64,000 nucleotides of DNA from Candidatus Woesearchaeota archaeon (GCA_013329045.1 DUKZ01000015.1:159-64158), one strand, 5' to 3'; shown: positions 38,558 to 48,690, counted from the first letter of the stretch. Made by a program: numbers and translations. The notes: generated from the sequence alone by a model not told the origin.

Positions 38558-38803
38558 TTATCCAGCCATTCCGATGATCAGGATTGCAACCACGAGCCCA
38601 AAGATAACAAGGGTTTCTGGAATGACTGTCAGGATCAATGCCTTACCAAAAAGGGATTCCTTTTCTGACATGGCACCGATTCCTGCGATACCAATTGCCT
38701 TTTCTGCCATTGCTGCTGCGAATGCAGTGCCAGCAATCGCGATTGATGCTGCCAATGCAATCACGCCTGTATTCAAATTTACTACTGCAACTTCTGCTGC
38801 CAT
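38558..38803 (-). CDS. atpK: A/V-type ATP synthase proteolipid subunit K/c (single hairpin)
   Basis: Two TM helices; IPETLVIFG with the catalytic Glu. Confidence 0.93.
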   Translation of the reverse strand: MAAEVAVVNLNTGVIALAASIAIAGTAFAAAMAEKAIGIAGIGAMSEKESLFGKALILTVIPETLVIFGLVVAILIIGMAG

Positions 38804-38817
38804 TTTCTTTTACCTCC

Positions 38818-40647
38818 TTATGAGCCAAACGGTTCGTAGGGGACTCCCCCTCCTTCATAAAATCTTTTGAAGAACTCCACATAATGGAGCCTCAATGAGT
38901 GCAAAAACGGGCCAATAACCCCTAGTGCAATGTTTAATGCATGACCAAAGGCAAAAACAATAATTGCCATGATCCATCCAAGGATGGACCCTCCAGCAGT
39001 GAGCCCTGCCACAAGCTCATTTATGACAACAGCCAGGCCAACTGATGCGAGCCCAACAGCCATGAGTCTTGCGTATGAGAGCATATTGCTAAAGAGGCCG
39101 GGAATCTCAATGAGACCAAAGATACCCTCTGCCATGTAGATGGGAATTATTGAAAACGCAAAGAGTGCCCATCCGACAAGTGATGGAATGCCCCATCCTG
39201 GCCCTGCAAGGCCAAGAACCAAGCCTATCTCGAGCAGTATCCAGCTCAGACGCTCCTTGAATGCCGCTGCAAACCCATGATGATGCAAGAGGTTGATGAA
39301 CCCGATGATCAAAGATAAATTGATGTGAATCGCTCCCATGATGAGCGCGTAAAAAAGCACGAGGTGGATATTGTTGCCAAACAGCACGGTATGATCATGC
39401 AGCCTGCTGATAATGTGATAAGGCTCAAAGCCAAAAAACTCGCCGAACAAAAATCCAAACGCAATCGAGATGATGGCGCTGTATGTCAGGACGGAAAAGA
39501 TCGCCTTTCCTTCCGGCATCGTCTTTTTCAGGTACATAAATAACATGAGAAGGACGAGCCCATAACCCACATCGCCCAGCATATATCCAAAAAATAAAGG
39601 AAATGTCCAGAACATGAAGAATGAGGGATCAAGCTCATAATTCTTCGGTATGGTATAGAGATGGAGGAAAAATTCATAAGGCTGCCAGAGAGCAGGATTC
39701 CTCATCTCGGTTGGGACAGGGTCATGATGGCTGATCTTTTCCTCCCGGAGGAGAATGTTGCCATCAGTCCTTTTCATCAAGCCATCCCTGAGCCTTGGCA
39801 CCTGCTTTTTTGGGACAAAACCCTGGATGAGCGTGATGTTCTTTGTTGAAGCAAATTTCAGGGGGGCATCAGCTCTTTCAATCTCCCGCTTGAGGAAATG
39901 CTCATTGAATAGGATAAAATCCTGATATTCCTTTTTTGTTTTCTCAAGGAAAGAGGAAATCTGGGCGATCTTTGACTCCAGCAAGGTGAATTGAGACTGC
40001 ACCTTCTCAATCAATGTTGCGAGCTTGAGGCCATTTGGCCTTGGAACATCAATCTGGGAAAAAAGCAGGGATTTGAAAAGGCTCTCTACCTCAGCCTTTT
40101 TTTCCTTTCTAAAGAATACCGCGATGAGTTTTGTCTCCCTATCAATATCAACAACCTTCAATGCAGACTCTTTCTTTATAGCCGGCAGTGGCCCTTTGAA
40201 TGTCCCTACAAGAAAATCAATCTTCTTGTATTCAGAAAAGAAGGAGATATCCAGGCCGAGGCGCTCGATCATCCGCAATTTTTGAAGCTCTGCTGATATG
40301 CGTTCCTTTTCTCCTTCCAATGCCTCTTTCTCCTTGAGCTTGATGGTGAGCACTTCTGATAATTCACGGCAGGTTTTTCCAAGATTATAGAAATCTGTAT
40401 CCCCCTCCTTGAGCCTTGGCGGCTGCTGGGATAAGTCAATGTCCAGATACGAGGCAATCGACCGGATCTTGAGAATAATCTCAGATAACTGGGGAGCGTT
40501 TTGCAATGGCTTCCCAATATCCATCCCCTCCGCTGATTTTTCAAGGATATGCAATGCTTTGTGACGGTAAAGCTCCCTGATCACCGGTTCGAGCTGCTTT
40601 TTTGAGCAGAGCACTGAAACCTTTGCCATCTCAGTTGGCCTGAGCAT
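38818..40647 (-). CDS. atpI: A/V-type ATP synthase subunit I/a
   Basis: MLRP..M, GDVGYG, LSYARLMA, HSLRLHYVEFF. Confidence 0.96.
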   Translation of the reverse strand: MLRPTEMAKVSVLCSKKQLEPVIRELYRHKALHILEKSAEGMDIGKPLQNAPQLSEIILKIRSIASYLDIDLSQQPPRLKEGDTDFYNLGKTCRELSEVLTIKLKEKEALEGEKERISAELQKLRMIERLGLDISFFSEYKKIDFLVGTFKGPLPAIKKESALKVVDIDRETKLIAVFFRKEKKAEVESLFKSLLFSQIDVPRPNGLKLATLIEKVQSQFTLLESKIAQISSFLEKTKKEYQDFILFNEHFLKREIERADAPLKFASTKNITLIQGFVPKKQVPRLRDGLMKRTDGNILLREEKISHHDPVPTEMRNPALWQPYEFFLHLYTIPKNYELDPSFFMFWTFPLFFGYMLGDVGYGLVLLMLFMYLKKTMPEGKAIFSVLTYSAIISIAFGFLFGEFFGFEPYHIISRLHDHTVLFGNNIHLVLFYALIMGAIHINLSLIIGFINLLHHHGFAAAFKERLSWILLEIGLVLGLAGPGWGIPSLVGWALFAFSIIPIYMAEGIFGLIEIPGLFSNMLSYARLMAVGLASVGLAVVINELVAGLTAGGSILGWIMAIIVFAFGHALNIALGVIGPFLHSLRLHYVEFFKRFYEGGGVPYEPFGS

Positions 40648-40960
40648 TCATCCCCTCCTCAAAGCGCTGGATGACAAGGTCAACTGCTTTTTTCTCCCGA
40701 AATTTGACTGCCTTTCTCATGGCAGAGATCTGCTCCTTTCCTTTTTCCAGGATTTCCTTTTGCTTCTTTTCAATCTCTTCCTGTTTCTTTTTTATCAGCT
40801 CATCACGCTTCTTTTCGATGAGAGCAATCTTCTCATCATAAGACTTGATGGACTCAGTCTTGCCTTTCTGGACAAGACGCTCTTTCTCCTTTTCAGCCAG
40901 GGCAATTTGCTCCTCAGCCTTCCTTTCCATCGCTTTTATGTCTTTGAGCAGTTCTTCCAT
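40631..40960 (-). CDS. atpH: A/V-type ATP synthase subunit H/G
   Basis: Charged coiled coil; first gene of the operon. Confidence 0.8.
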   Translation of the reverse strand: MEELLKDIKAMERKAEEQIALAEKEKERLVQKGKTESIKSYDEKIALIEKKRDELIKKKQEEIEKKQKEILEKGKEQISAMRKAVKFREKKAVDLVIQRFEEGMNAQAN

Positions 40961-41112
40961 GTGTTACCCCTCTGGATCTGAGGTTTATTTGGGGGATAAA
41001 AGCATAAGGTAAGTAGTATATAGAAACTATTTGTTTTTCTGATGTGATTGGTTTAGAGGTATGGAAACCATTTACATTACATTTTTATATAAGTACGAAA
41101 CTCGTAATTCAT

Positions 41113-41229
41113 ATGGATCTCCATACTGCACTAGAAGTGATGAAATGGCTTTGTGTATTACTTATAGGAGTCATTGTAGGACGGGTATCCATCGCTGCGG
41201 AAATCGCAACAAAATATGACAAAATATGA
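41113..41229 (+). CDS. Small single-TM peptide (38 aa)
   Basis: MDLHTALEVMKWLCVLLIGVIVGRVSIAAEIATKYDKI; TTTATATA about 25 bp upstream. Confidence 0.5.
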   Translation: MDLHTALEVMKWLCVLLIGVIVGRVSIAAEIATKYDKI

Positions 41230-41236
41230 CAAAGAA

Positions 41237-42121
41237 CTAAGACAAATCGATCTCTTTTGTAATTGCCCAATCAATCAACACTTCAGAAATACCGATAAGG
41301 TACTGGCGGATGCGCTGTTTATCATACGTCTCGAGATCACTGACCTTCACCTGCTTTATCGCGAGCACTGACTTTATGAATTCTACTGCTTTCTCATAGG
41401 TCAAGGTATGCTCTGACTCTATTCCCTCCATAATGTCTTTGAGCTTCTCGATCCTTTGGGCAATCGCATGGAGAAATGAAGAATCTTCTTTCTTCAGATG
41501 GAGCAGGTGGTCTACGAGGCGCTCGATGTTTCTTGAAACCATGGAGATATAATAGAGGTTGATTGCCTTCATCTTCGAGAGGTGGGGCTCGGCCAATGCT
41601 GATATCATCGATTTATCGATCAATATCTTTGACCGGTCGATCTCTTCCTCATACCTTCCCATGAGCTCTGGCTCATAATTGTTCATCATTATATAGAGCA
41701 GGTTCTTCGTCTTTCTGATCATCGTCTTGAGCAAGGATGTGGGGTTTTCCACCTGAACATTGCCATCAGAGCTGATCTGCTTCTTGTCTATCTCTATTGT
41801 CTCGATGCTGATGAGGCGCTTTTGCTGGAGGAGCTTTGAAAAATCGAGCTCCTTTTTCAGATTGATCTTGAACTGGTAGAGAGGATTGACATAACAGGCC
41901 ATGAGAACTTTATGGACAATCTGCAGGTCATTTTCTGCCAGGTCAAACTCCTTGACCCGCTTCTTTTGCTCGACTACTTTTGGAGCGATAATCAGGTTTC
42001 CGGCATTATCCCTTGACAAGGAGACTTTAGAGTCTGAGGTAATGCCGTATTGCTTGCACCAGCTCGTTGGCAGATACAAATAGAACATGTTCCCTGTCCG
42101 TTGGACATTGCGTATTTCCAT
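41237..42121 (-). CDS. Archaeal phosphate uptake regulator (AbrB-like N-terminus plus PhoU domain)
   Basis: MEIRNVQRTG....YLP.SW; helical PhoU-like region with NIERLVDH. Confidence 0.82.
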   Translation of the reverse strand: MEIRNVQRTGNMFYLYLPTSWCKQYGITSDSKVSLSRDNAGNLIIAPKVVEQKKRVKEFDLAENDLQIVHKVLMACYVNPLYQFKINLKKELDFSKLLQQKRLISIETIEIDKKQISSDGNVQVENPTSLLKTMIRKTKNLLYIMMNNYEPELMGRYEEEIDRSKILIDKSMISALAEPHLSKMKAINLYYISMVSRNIERLVDHLLHLKKEDSSFLHAIAQRIEKLKDIMEGIESEHTLTYEKAVEFIKSVLAIKQVKVSDLETYDKQRIRQYLIGISEVLIDWAITKEIDLS

Positions 42122-42271
42122 ATATACCAAATAGGCAGTAAATAGATTCACTTTAAGAAACTTTTGTTCATAGACGAAATTCGGAATTGGTATGCCACAA
42201 CACGCTTATATACTACTTGTTAGTTGTTAATAAATGGGTAAGTTTATTAATCCTTTGTGATTCATGAATGT

Positions 42272-43045
42272 ATGCTGATAATCAGTCAAGAAGAGATTTT
42301 GAGAGCAAAACAGAGGGCAGATAGCCTTGACAGCGTGATTGATCGGTTTCCTGAACATCCATCAGACCCATTGATTTGGACAGGAAGGAGATATAAACAA
42401 TTAAGATACGTGCGGAATAATTCTCCCTGCTTAAATATCGGCTTGAGCCAGCATATGAGTTCTAAAAACAGTCTCATTGCACGCGTTCTTACTTTTCTTG
42501 CACATTACACAGAAATAGTCCCACACACTACCAGCTGGCCTACATTTCTTGATCTTGGAAGTGGAGTTGGAGGAGTCAGCATTAATGTTGGAGCTGTGGG
42601 GTGGGATTCTTATGGCATCGAAAGCGAACACGAATTTCACCATCTTGCCCTGCATAATTTGTCTAGGGCATGGAACGCCAAACTTCTGGATGGGGTTGAT
42701 ATAGACTTTGCAGAAGGAAACTTTTTCCCTGAAGGATTTATGGTTTGCCGAGGACCCGACGATAAAAGTGACATGTTTGGTGAGTATTGCAGAGATGTTC
42801 CTAGAAATACTGGTTGTTATGAACAACTTGGCCTTTCCCCTGATGAGGTTGACGTGTTTTATCATTACCAGGTTGAACGGACTGATAATCTCCTTCGATT
42901 TCTTGCAGAATATGGGAAAGATGGCGCTTTCCTCTTGCTTACAAGATCTATGCCAGAAAAATATAAATTGCCACTAGGAATTCAAGAATTTGCATATTCA
43001 TCACCTCCTCCCACACTCCAGGTATTTCAAAAAGTACCTTTATAA
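42272..43045 (+). CDS. Putative class I SAM-dependent methyltransferase
   Basis: FLDLGSGVG, SYGIE, EGNFF. Confidence 0.7.
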   Translation: MLIISQEEILRAKQRADSLDSVIDRFPEHPSDPLIWTGRRYKQLRYVRNNSPCLNIGLSQHMSSKNSLIARVLTFLAHYTEIVPHTTSWPTFLDLGSGVGGVSINVGAVGWDSYGIESEHEFHHLALHNLSRAWNAKLLDGVDIDFAEGNFFPEGFMVCRGPDDKSDMFGEYCRDVPRNTGCYEQLGLSPDEVDVFYHYQVERTDNLLRFLAEYGKDGAFLLLTRSMPEKYKLPLGIQEFAYSSPPPTLQVFQKVPL

Positions 43046-43068
43046 ACATTGATCGATTCTAGAAATGC

Positions 43069-43758
43069 ATGAAAGTCATCTTCCTTGAGGCACCTTATGC
43101 CGGGGAAATATCACTCCCGGATGAAGTGATCAAACAACTCCCAAAAAGGATCGGCCTTGTTGCCAGCATCCAATTCAGAGGACAGCTTCCAGCAATCAAG
43201 AAACAGCTTGAAGCATCTGGAATGAGTGCACTTATCGGAAAAGGAAGGCAGCAGGCAGGGCAGGTGCTGGGGTGTGATTCCGGCTCTGCTAGCGTTGTGC
43301 AGGATGAGGTTGATGCATTCCTTTACATTGGTGATGGGGATTTCCATCCTCTTGGAGTATTGAACTCTGGAAAGGAAGTCTTCTGTTATAACCCAGTGCA
43401 ACAAAAAATCAGGAAGCTTGATCGATCGTATGCTGAAAGGCATGAAAAAAGAAAGCTTGTGGGCATTGCGACATTCTATGCGAGCGAGCATATCGGCATT
43501 ATTGTCACGACAAAGTCCGGCCAGCAGAACCTGAAAAAAGCTTTGGTGCTAAAAGAGAAAATTGAAAGAGAAGGGAAACAAGGTTATATCTTGCTCCAGC
43601 AGGATATCATGTTTTCGCAATTAGAGAATTTTCCGTTTATCCAGATGTTTGTGAATACTGCCTGTCCCCGCATGACTGATGATTATGAGAAGTTTCCAAA
43701 GCCGATGGTGAACATGGAATATCTTGGTGAACAATATGCATTCTTCAGATCACATTAA
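43069..43758 (+). CDS. dph2: Diphthamide biosynthesis protein Dph2 (short form)
   Basis: GQVLGCD, YIGDGDFH, TKSGQ, NTACPR. Confidence 0.88.
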   Translation: MKVIFLEAPYAGEISLPDEVIKQLPKRIGLVASIQFRGQLPAIKKQLEASGMSALIGKGRQQAGQVLGCDSGSASVVQDEVDAFLYIGDGDFHPLGVLNSGKEVFCYNPVQQKIRKLDRSYAERHEKRKLVGIATFYASEHIGIIVTTKSGQQNLKKALVLKEKIEREGKQGYILLQQDIMFSQLENFPFIQMFVNTACPRMTDDYEKFPKPMVNMEYLGEQYAFFRSH

Positions 43759-43845
43759 TACCCTCGACCTAAACATTTATAAAGCAATCCGGATTAATTC
43801 TCTTTAACTGAGACTAAGCCTGAGCTTAGAGCCTCGGAGGATACC

Positions 43846-44370
43846 ATGGCAGAATTTAAACTTGTGATTTCTGACCCGAAAACGGGAAGAAGCATGCAAA
43901 AGGTTGCACCGGAAGCGATTGCCAGCCAGCTCATCGGCAAAAAGATCGGCGATACCATCAAAGGAGAATTGTTCGATATGACCGGCGTTGAATTGCTCAT
44001 TACCGGGGGCAGCGATAATGCAGGATTTCCCATGCGAAAGGATGTTCGCGGAGGGGGAAGAAAAAAAATCCTTATTGTTGCTGGCGTTGGGGCACGCAAG
44101 AAAGCTGCTGGCCTTCGCCAACGAAAGACGGTCTCTGGGAATACAATTAGCTCTCGGACAGTCCAGATCAACCTGAAGGTTGTCAGCGGGGAAGGCAGGA
44201 TGGAAATACCGCTTGCTGAAGGAAAGAAAGACCCGAAGATGAACAAGGAAGAGAGAAGGAAAGCACATGCAGACAAAGAGAAAGCTGCTCAGAAAGAAGC
44301 TGCAGCAGCAGAGAAGAAAGCCAAAGAGGAAGAAGCTTCCAAGGCTGCAAGTGAGGAGAAAAAGGGATAA
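43846..44370 (+). CDS. rps6e: 30S ribosomal protein S6e with K/E/A-rich tail
   Basis: FKLVISDPKTG, ITGGSDNAGFPMR, RKTV.GN.I. Confidence 0.96.
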   Translation: MAEFKLVISDPKTGRSMQKVAPEAIASQLIGKKIGDTIKGELFDMTGVELLITGGSDNAGFPMRKDVRGGGRKKILIVAGVGARKKAAGLRQRKTVSGNTISSRTVQINLKVVSGEGRMEIPLAEGKKDPKMNKEERRKAHADKEKAAQKEAAAAEKKAKEEEASKAASEEKKG

Positions 44371-45633
44371 ATGCCAAAAAAAACCGCTCCTAAAGATGAA
44401 CTACCCCCCCAGCCAGAGATCAGCATCGGCCTTGTTGGACATGTTGACCACGGCAAGACAACGCTGACCGAAAGACTTTCTGGCAAATGGACCGATACGC
44501 ATTCTGAAGAAATCAAGTTTGGCATCACTATCAGGCTTGGGTATGCTGATGCTATCCTTCGAAAAATAGAAGGGGGAAAAGGCAGCAGCGCATACACTGT
44601 CAAGGAAAAAGATCCAGACACGGGCAAGCCAACCATTGCCTTGAAAAAAGTCAGCTTCGTTGATGCTCCAGGGCACGAATCACTCATGGCAACGATGCTC
44701 TCTGGAGCAAACATTATGGATTATGCGATCCTGCTTGTTTCTGCAGAAGAAGAATGCCCTCAACCACAAACAGAAGAACATTTGACTGCTCTCAAGATCA
44801 TAGGAGTGCCAAAAATCATTGTTGTCCAGAATAAGATTGATTTGGTTGGCAAAGAACAGGCGCTCAAGAACTATGGGGAGATCAAAGCATTCCTAAAAGA
44901 TACCCTGTATGCTGATGCGCCAATCATCCCCTTATCTGCACAGCATGGGGCAAATGTTGATGTGCTCATCGAAACGATCGTCGAAACATTCGTGACACCC
45001 AACCGCGACCCAAAAAAGGATCCATTAATGTTCGTTGCGCGGTCGTTTGATATCAACAAGCCTGGAACAAACATTCCTGACATGAAAGGAGGGGTGCTTG
45101 GCGGTTCCCTCAAACAGGGCGTGCTGAAAGTTGGCCAGGAGATTGAGATCAGGCCAGGGCTTCGGTTTGAAATAAAAAACCAGCGGGTCTATAAGCCCAT
45201 TGTCACCAAAGTAATCAGCCTCTTTACCGGCGGCGTTTCGGTAAAGGAAGTCCATCCTGGCGGCTCAATTGCAGTCATGACCACTCTTGATCCAGCATTA
45301 CTCAAATCCGACAGCCTTGGAGGATCAATTGTTGGGATCCCTGGAAAAATGCCACCTGTGTGGGACTCATTGAAACTCTCTGTCACCCTCCTAGAAAGGG
45401 TTGTTGGGTCAAAAGAAGACCAGGCAGTAGACCCAATCAGGAAAGGAGAGACCCTTATGCTCAATGTCAATTCTGCAGCAACGGTCGGGGTTGTGATGAA
45501 TTTAGATAAACATGGCACCTTGTGTGATCTCAAAAAACCGGTGTGTGCTGAAGAGGGGGGCAGGGTGACAATTTCTCGACGAATTGGAAATAGATTCAGG
45601 CTCATTGGGTATGGAACGATTGTGAAAAAGTAG
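44371..45633 (+). CDS. eif2g: Translation initiation factor aIF2 subunit gamma
   Basis: GHVDHGKTT, GITIRLGYA, DAPGHE, QPQT.EH, NKID, RSFDINKPG. Confidence 0.97.
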   Translation: MPKKTAPKDELPPQPEISIGLVGHVDHGKTTLTERLSGKWTDTHSEEIKFGITIRLGYADAILRKIEGGKGSSAYTVKEKDPDTGKPTIALKKVSFVDAPGHESLMATMLSGANIMDYAILLVSAEEECPQPQTEEHLTALKIIGVPKIIVVQNKIDLVGKEQALKNYGEIKAFLKDTLYADAPIIPLSAQHGANVDVLIETIVETFVTPNRDPKKDPLMFVARSFDINKPGTNIPDMKGGVLGGSLKQGVLKVGQEIEIRPGLRFEIKNQRVYKPIVTKVISLFTGGVSVKEVHPGGSIAVMTTLDPALLKSDSLGGSIVGIPGKMPPVWDSLKLSVTLLERVVGSKEDQAVDPIRKGETLMLNVNSAATVGVVMNLDKHGTLCDLKKPVCAEEGGRVTISRRIGNRFRLIGYGTIVKK

Positions 45634-45786
45634 AATGCTTAAAAGATTCTTATTGCGAGTTATGATGCAGTGGCACATCGCTGTCCAATCAAATGAGCTT
45701 TAGCAATACATCAAGGATAATCGTCAAGGGGCATCCTCACAAAAAAAGTAATAAAAATCGGAAGCTACTGGGTGTATTAATCTGAA

Positions 45787-46614
45787 TTATTCGTGCATCA
45801 TCTCCCTATAATACACTATATCTAACTCCATTCCTAATTCTCCTTCCAACCAATCAACAGCTTCATGCAATCCACCAACTTCATCAATGAGGCCTAATCT
45901 TAATGCTCCAACCCCACTAAATATCGTACCATCGGCTAATTTCAAAACATGATCTTCTGGTAGGTTCCTAAAAGTAGCAATCTCTCTAGCCATAATGTCA
46001 GTAGCTTTGATTAGATGGTTTTTCTTTTCTTTATAAATTTGTGTTCGTTCAAAACCTTCACAATCATCATAATACATTCTTTTGAACTCTGAAGAGGATA
46101 CATAACATTCTTTATAGTTTAGATCATCCTTAGTATATCCTATAATAGAAGTGTGGCCTATATCACCAATGTTTGATAATTCATTTGCGAAGATTCGCTC
46201 AGTTGCAGAAGCAATGTAATATCCAGCGGAGAGGGCTTGGTCCCTAACAACTGCTATTACTGGTTTTTTCATTTGACGTATTTGTTTGATAAGAATATCT
46301 GAACCAGCGCTACTACCACCATTGGAGTCAATATCTAAAATAAACGCTTTGATATTATCATCATTTTCGTAATGTTGTAATATGCCGATTAATTCTTCTG
46401 CTGAGACGCTAACGGCGTTCTTTCCTGAAGTATCCTTGTGATAAGAATTGGAATGCGCCGAATCAACTATTTCTCCGTGGATATCTATGATGAGAACAGA
46501 AGAAGCAGGTTTATCAGAGAGCTTATGAAATTGTATAAACAGTAATCCTATCGCTATCAAAACCAATTCGATGACGATTATATTCTTCAATAGAGTGTGT
46601 GCCTTATTCTTCAT
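45787..46614 (-). CDS. S49 (SppA-like) peptidase, membrane-anchored, copy 2
   Basis: IDSNGG, KKPV, ALSAGYYIA, Lys in SSEFK, GLIDEVG. Confidence 0.88.
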   Translation of the reverse strand: MKNKAHTLLKNIIVIELVLIAIGLLFIQFHKLSDKPASSVLIIDIHGEIVDSAHSNSYHKDTSGKNAVSVSAEELIGILQHYENDDNIKAFILDIDSNGGSSAGSDILIKQIRQMKKPVIAVVRDQALSAGYYIASATERIFANELSNIGDIGHTSIIGYTKDDLNYKECYVSSSEFKRMYYDDCEGFERTQIYKEKKNHLIKATDIMAREIATFRNLPEDHVLKLADGTIFSGVGALRLGLIDEVGGLHEAVDWLEGELGMELDIVYYREMMHE

Positions 46615-47447
46615 TTTTTGCCGGGAAGCATGTCCCGTAAGTATAGTATCTTTAAATGAGTGTTTAGTTCATCCTCCAACCATGCTACTGCATCATTGGT
46701 TGTACCCACCTCATCAATTAATCCTGATTTCAATGCTTCTTCACTGTTCATAATTTTGACATTCGATATGTTTTCTATAGATGACTCTGAGAGTCCCCTC
46801 ATCTCTGCGATATGAGAAACTAAAAGTTCATGTGACCCCGCTACTTGAGCCCTTAGTTTTTCAAAGATTATTGGATCAAATCCATTACAATCAGCTAAAC
46901 TAATGGTTTTATATGTTGATGAGGTGATAGTACATACTTGTTTCTGTCCCTTACGAGTCCTATCAACATACACAAAAGTTTTAGTTATCTCTCCAATCTG
47001 AGATGATTTCTTAGCATATATTTTGTCAGTGCTAGCGGCAACAAAATACCCTGAAGATAAAGCTTTATTTGTAATAACAGTAATGACTGGTTTATCCATT
47101 CTTTTGATGTATCTTGCAATTTCCTCTTTTCCTGCTGTCTGACCACCATAAGAATCAATTTCCAGGATAAAAGCCTTGATGCTGTCATCCTCAGAAAAAT
47201 ATTCTAGCATCCTTATGATATTCATCGAAGACGTTCCATTTGTTCTGTTTTGATCCCTCTCTTCATAGATTCCAAAAAAATTTGATGTAATAATCTCCCC
47301 ATCAATATTGATGACTAAAACTGCTGGAAACTTTTTCTTGGAACTAACTGGATTTTGTGGTGTTATCTGAGAATAAATTGCAAGAATCATTAAAAATTCA
47401 ATAATTGCGATCATTATAAAAATCCTAAGTTTCCATTCTGATTTCAT
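46611..47447 (-). CDS. S49 (SppA-like) peptidase, membrane-anchored, copy 1
   Basis: IDSYGG, DKPV, ALSSGYFVA, SSTYK, GLIDEVG. Confidence 0.88.
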   Translation of the reverse strand: MKSEWKLRIFIMIAIIEFLMILAIYSQITPQNPVSSKKKFPAVLVINIDGEIITSNFFGIYEERDQNRTNGTSSMNIIRMLEYFSEDDSIKAFILEIDSYGGQTAGKEEIARYIKRMDKPVITVITNKALSSGYFVAASTDKIYAKKSSQIGEITKTFVYVDRTRKGQKQVCTITSSTYKTISLADCNGFDPIIFEKLRAQVAGSHELLVSHIAEMRGLSESSIENISNVKIMNSEEALKSGLIDEVGTTNDAVAWLEDELNTHLKILYLRDMLPGKK

Positions 47448-47899
47448 TTTATATTGTTTCTAATTTTGTGAGCCAGAAAGATTGAATAAAACAAAGAAGC
47501 TAATTTAAGTATTAATAAAATATATGGAAGGTACAAGAAAGAATTAATTTTGATGATATCAAAGAAGGCTGCTTCAAAAAGTATTGTCAATAGTAATAGT
47601 GCGATAGCACTTGAATTTATTGCAAAAGGTAACTGCAGTCTGAAGTCATATTTTTTGAAATACAAATAAAGAAGAGTGATGATTGAGAAGATTTCCAATG
47701 AAAACTCTACCAATAGCTCCAAAAGCATTACAGGAAGAGGAGCCCAGAATTCCTCATTAATGATTATGATGTGAATCTGAATCAATATTTGTAGTAATAT
47801 ACCCGCTGTAAGAACCATCAGTAATGTATAAGCCAAGTTTTTATTTTCAATAGATGAAACATCTGCTAGATCCTTATATAGATTCTTAATTGAGATCAT
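47444..47899 (-). CDS. Membrane protein (4 TM), candidate immunity protein
   Basis: Very hydrophobic, AT-rich ORF immediately downstream of the RHS-CT gene. Confidence 0.65.
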   Translation of the reverse strand: MISIKNLYKDLADVSSIENKNLAYTLLMVLTAGILLQILIQIHIIIINEEFWAPLPVMLLELLVEFSLEIFSIITLLYLYFKKYDFRLQLPFAINSSAIALLLLTILFEAAFFDIIKINSFLYLPYILLILKLASLFYSIFLAHKIRNNIK

Positions 47900-47910
47900 T
47901 TTTATTTCCG

Positions 47911-48690
47911 CTAAAAAAATGATTTAATCTTACTGATTGTTCTTTGTACAAATCCTTGTTTCTGAGGCAATGCTTTTCCAGAACTAGTGTATTTTCGTTC
48001 TCCTGCCGATGGTTTGTAACCTTGTTCTGTTTTAGGCATCTGGGAAACAAGACTCTGGGGGAATTGTTTGGGTGTGAGACTATCCATGAATTGTTTGTAT
48101 TGAGATGATAGGGGTTGTTTATTACTTAACTGATTACCAAACTCTCTCCCTACAGCATTGGATACCAAATCTTCGTAAGTAAATGCGCTATGGGGGGCAG
48201 TGGCAACTTGGCTAACCTCAATAGCGTATCCAACTCCCGTCAAAAAAGCATTACTGGGAGCATTCCCTCCAAATCGCGCATTAGTAAAAAAATGTCTTTG
48301 GTCTATCACTCCGCGTGACTCAGTATAGACAAAATTAGGAGAATAAGAAGAGGTTCCTTGTTGGCTAATAGTAGATTCACCATAAGTTCTATAAGTTTGT
48401 TCAACAATACGTAAAACTTGGTTTGCATCTAAATCAGAATTTCCTTCTTCTAAAGATAGAATATAATCATAAACCTCATCAACAGTTCCCATCTGACTTG
48501 TAACTGGGATATGTCCTGTTGGATCGGTATATTTGTAAGGATTATTTAATTCAAAAACGTACCTGTCAAGTGTTTGAGGATTGTAAGGATCAGGGATTTT
48601 GCTATCTGGCTGAAGAAATCTTGCATGAACTAAATAGGTTAAAGAAACCAGAACCAATAGAGAGATAATTATCTTATGAGAAGTAATCAT
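47911..48690 (-). CDS. Signal peptide plus RHS-core end plus C-terminal toxin-like domain (DUF4056-like motifs)
   Basis: VHA|RFLQPD...YNPQTLDRY....NNPYKYTDPTGH; YT...G.ID..HF; EDL.SN..G..F; SD-like GAGGT upstream. Confidence 0.8.
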   Translation of the reverse strand: MITSHKIIISLLVLVSLTYLVHARFLQPDSKIPDPYNPQTLDRYVFELNNPYKYTDPTGHIPVTSQMGTVDEVYDYILSLEEGNSDLDANQVLRIVEQTYRTYGESTISQQGTSSYSPNFVYTESRGVIDQRHFFTNARFGGNAPSNAFLTGVGYAIEVSQVATAPHSAFTYEDLVSNAVGREFGNQLSNKQPLSSQYKQFMDSLTPKQFPQSLVSQMPKTEQGYKPSAGERKYTSSGKALPQKQGFVQRTISKIKSFF

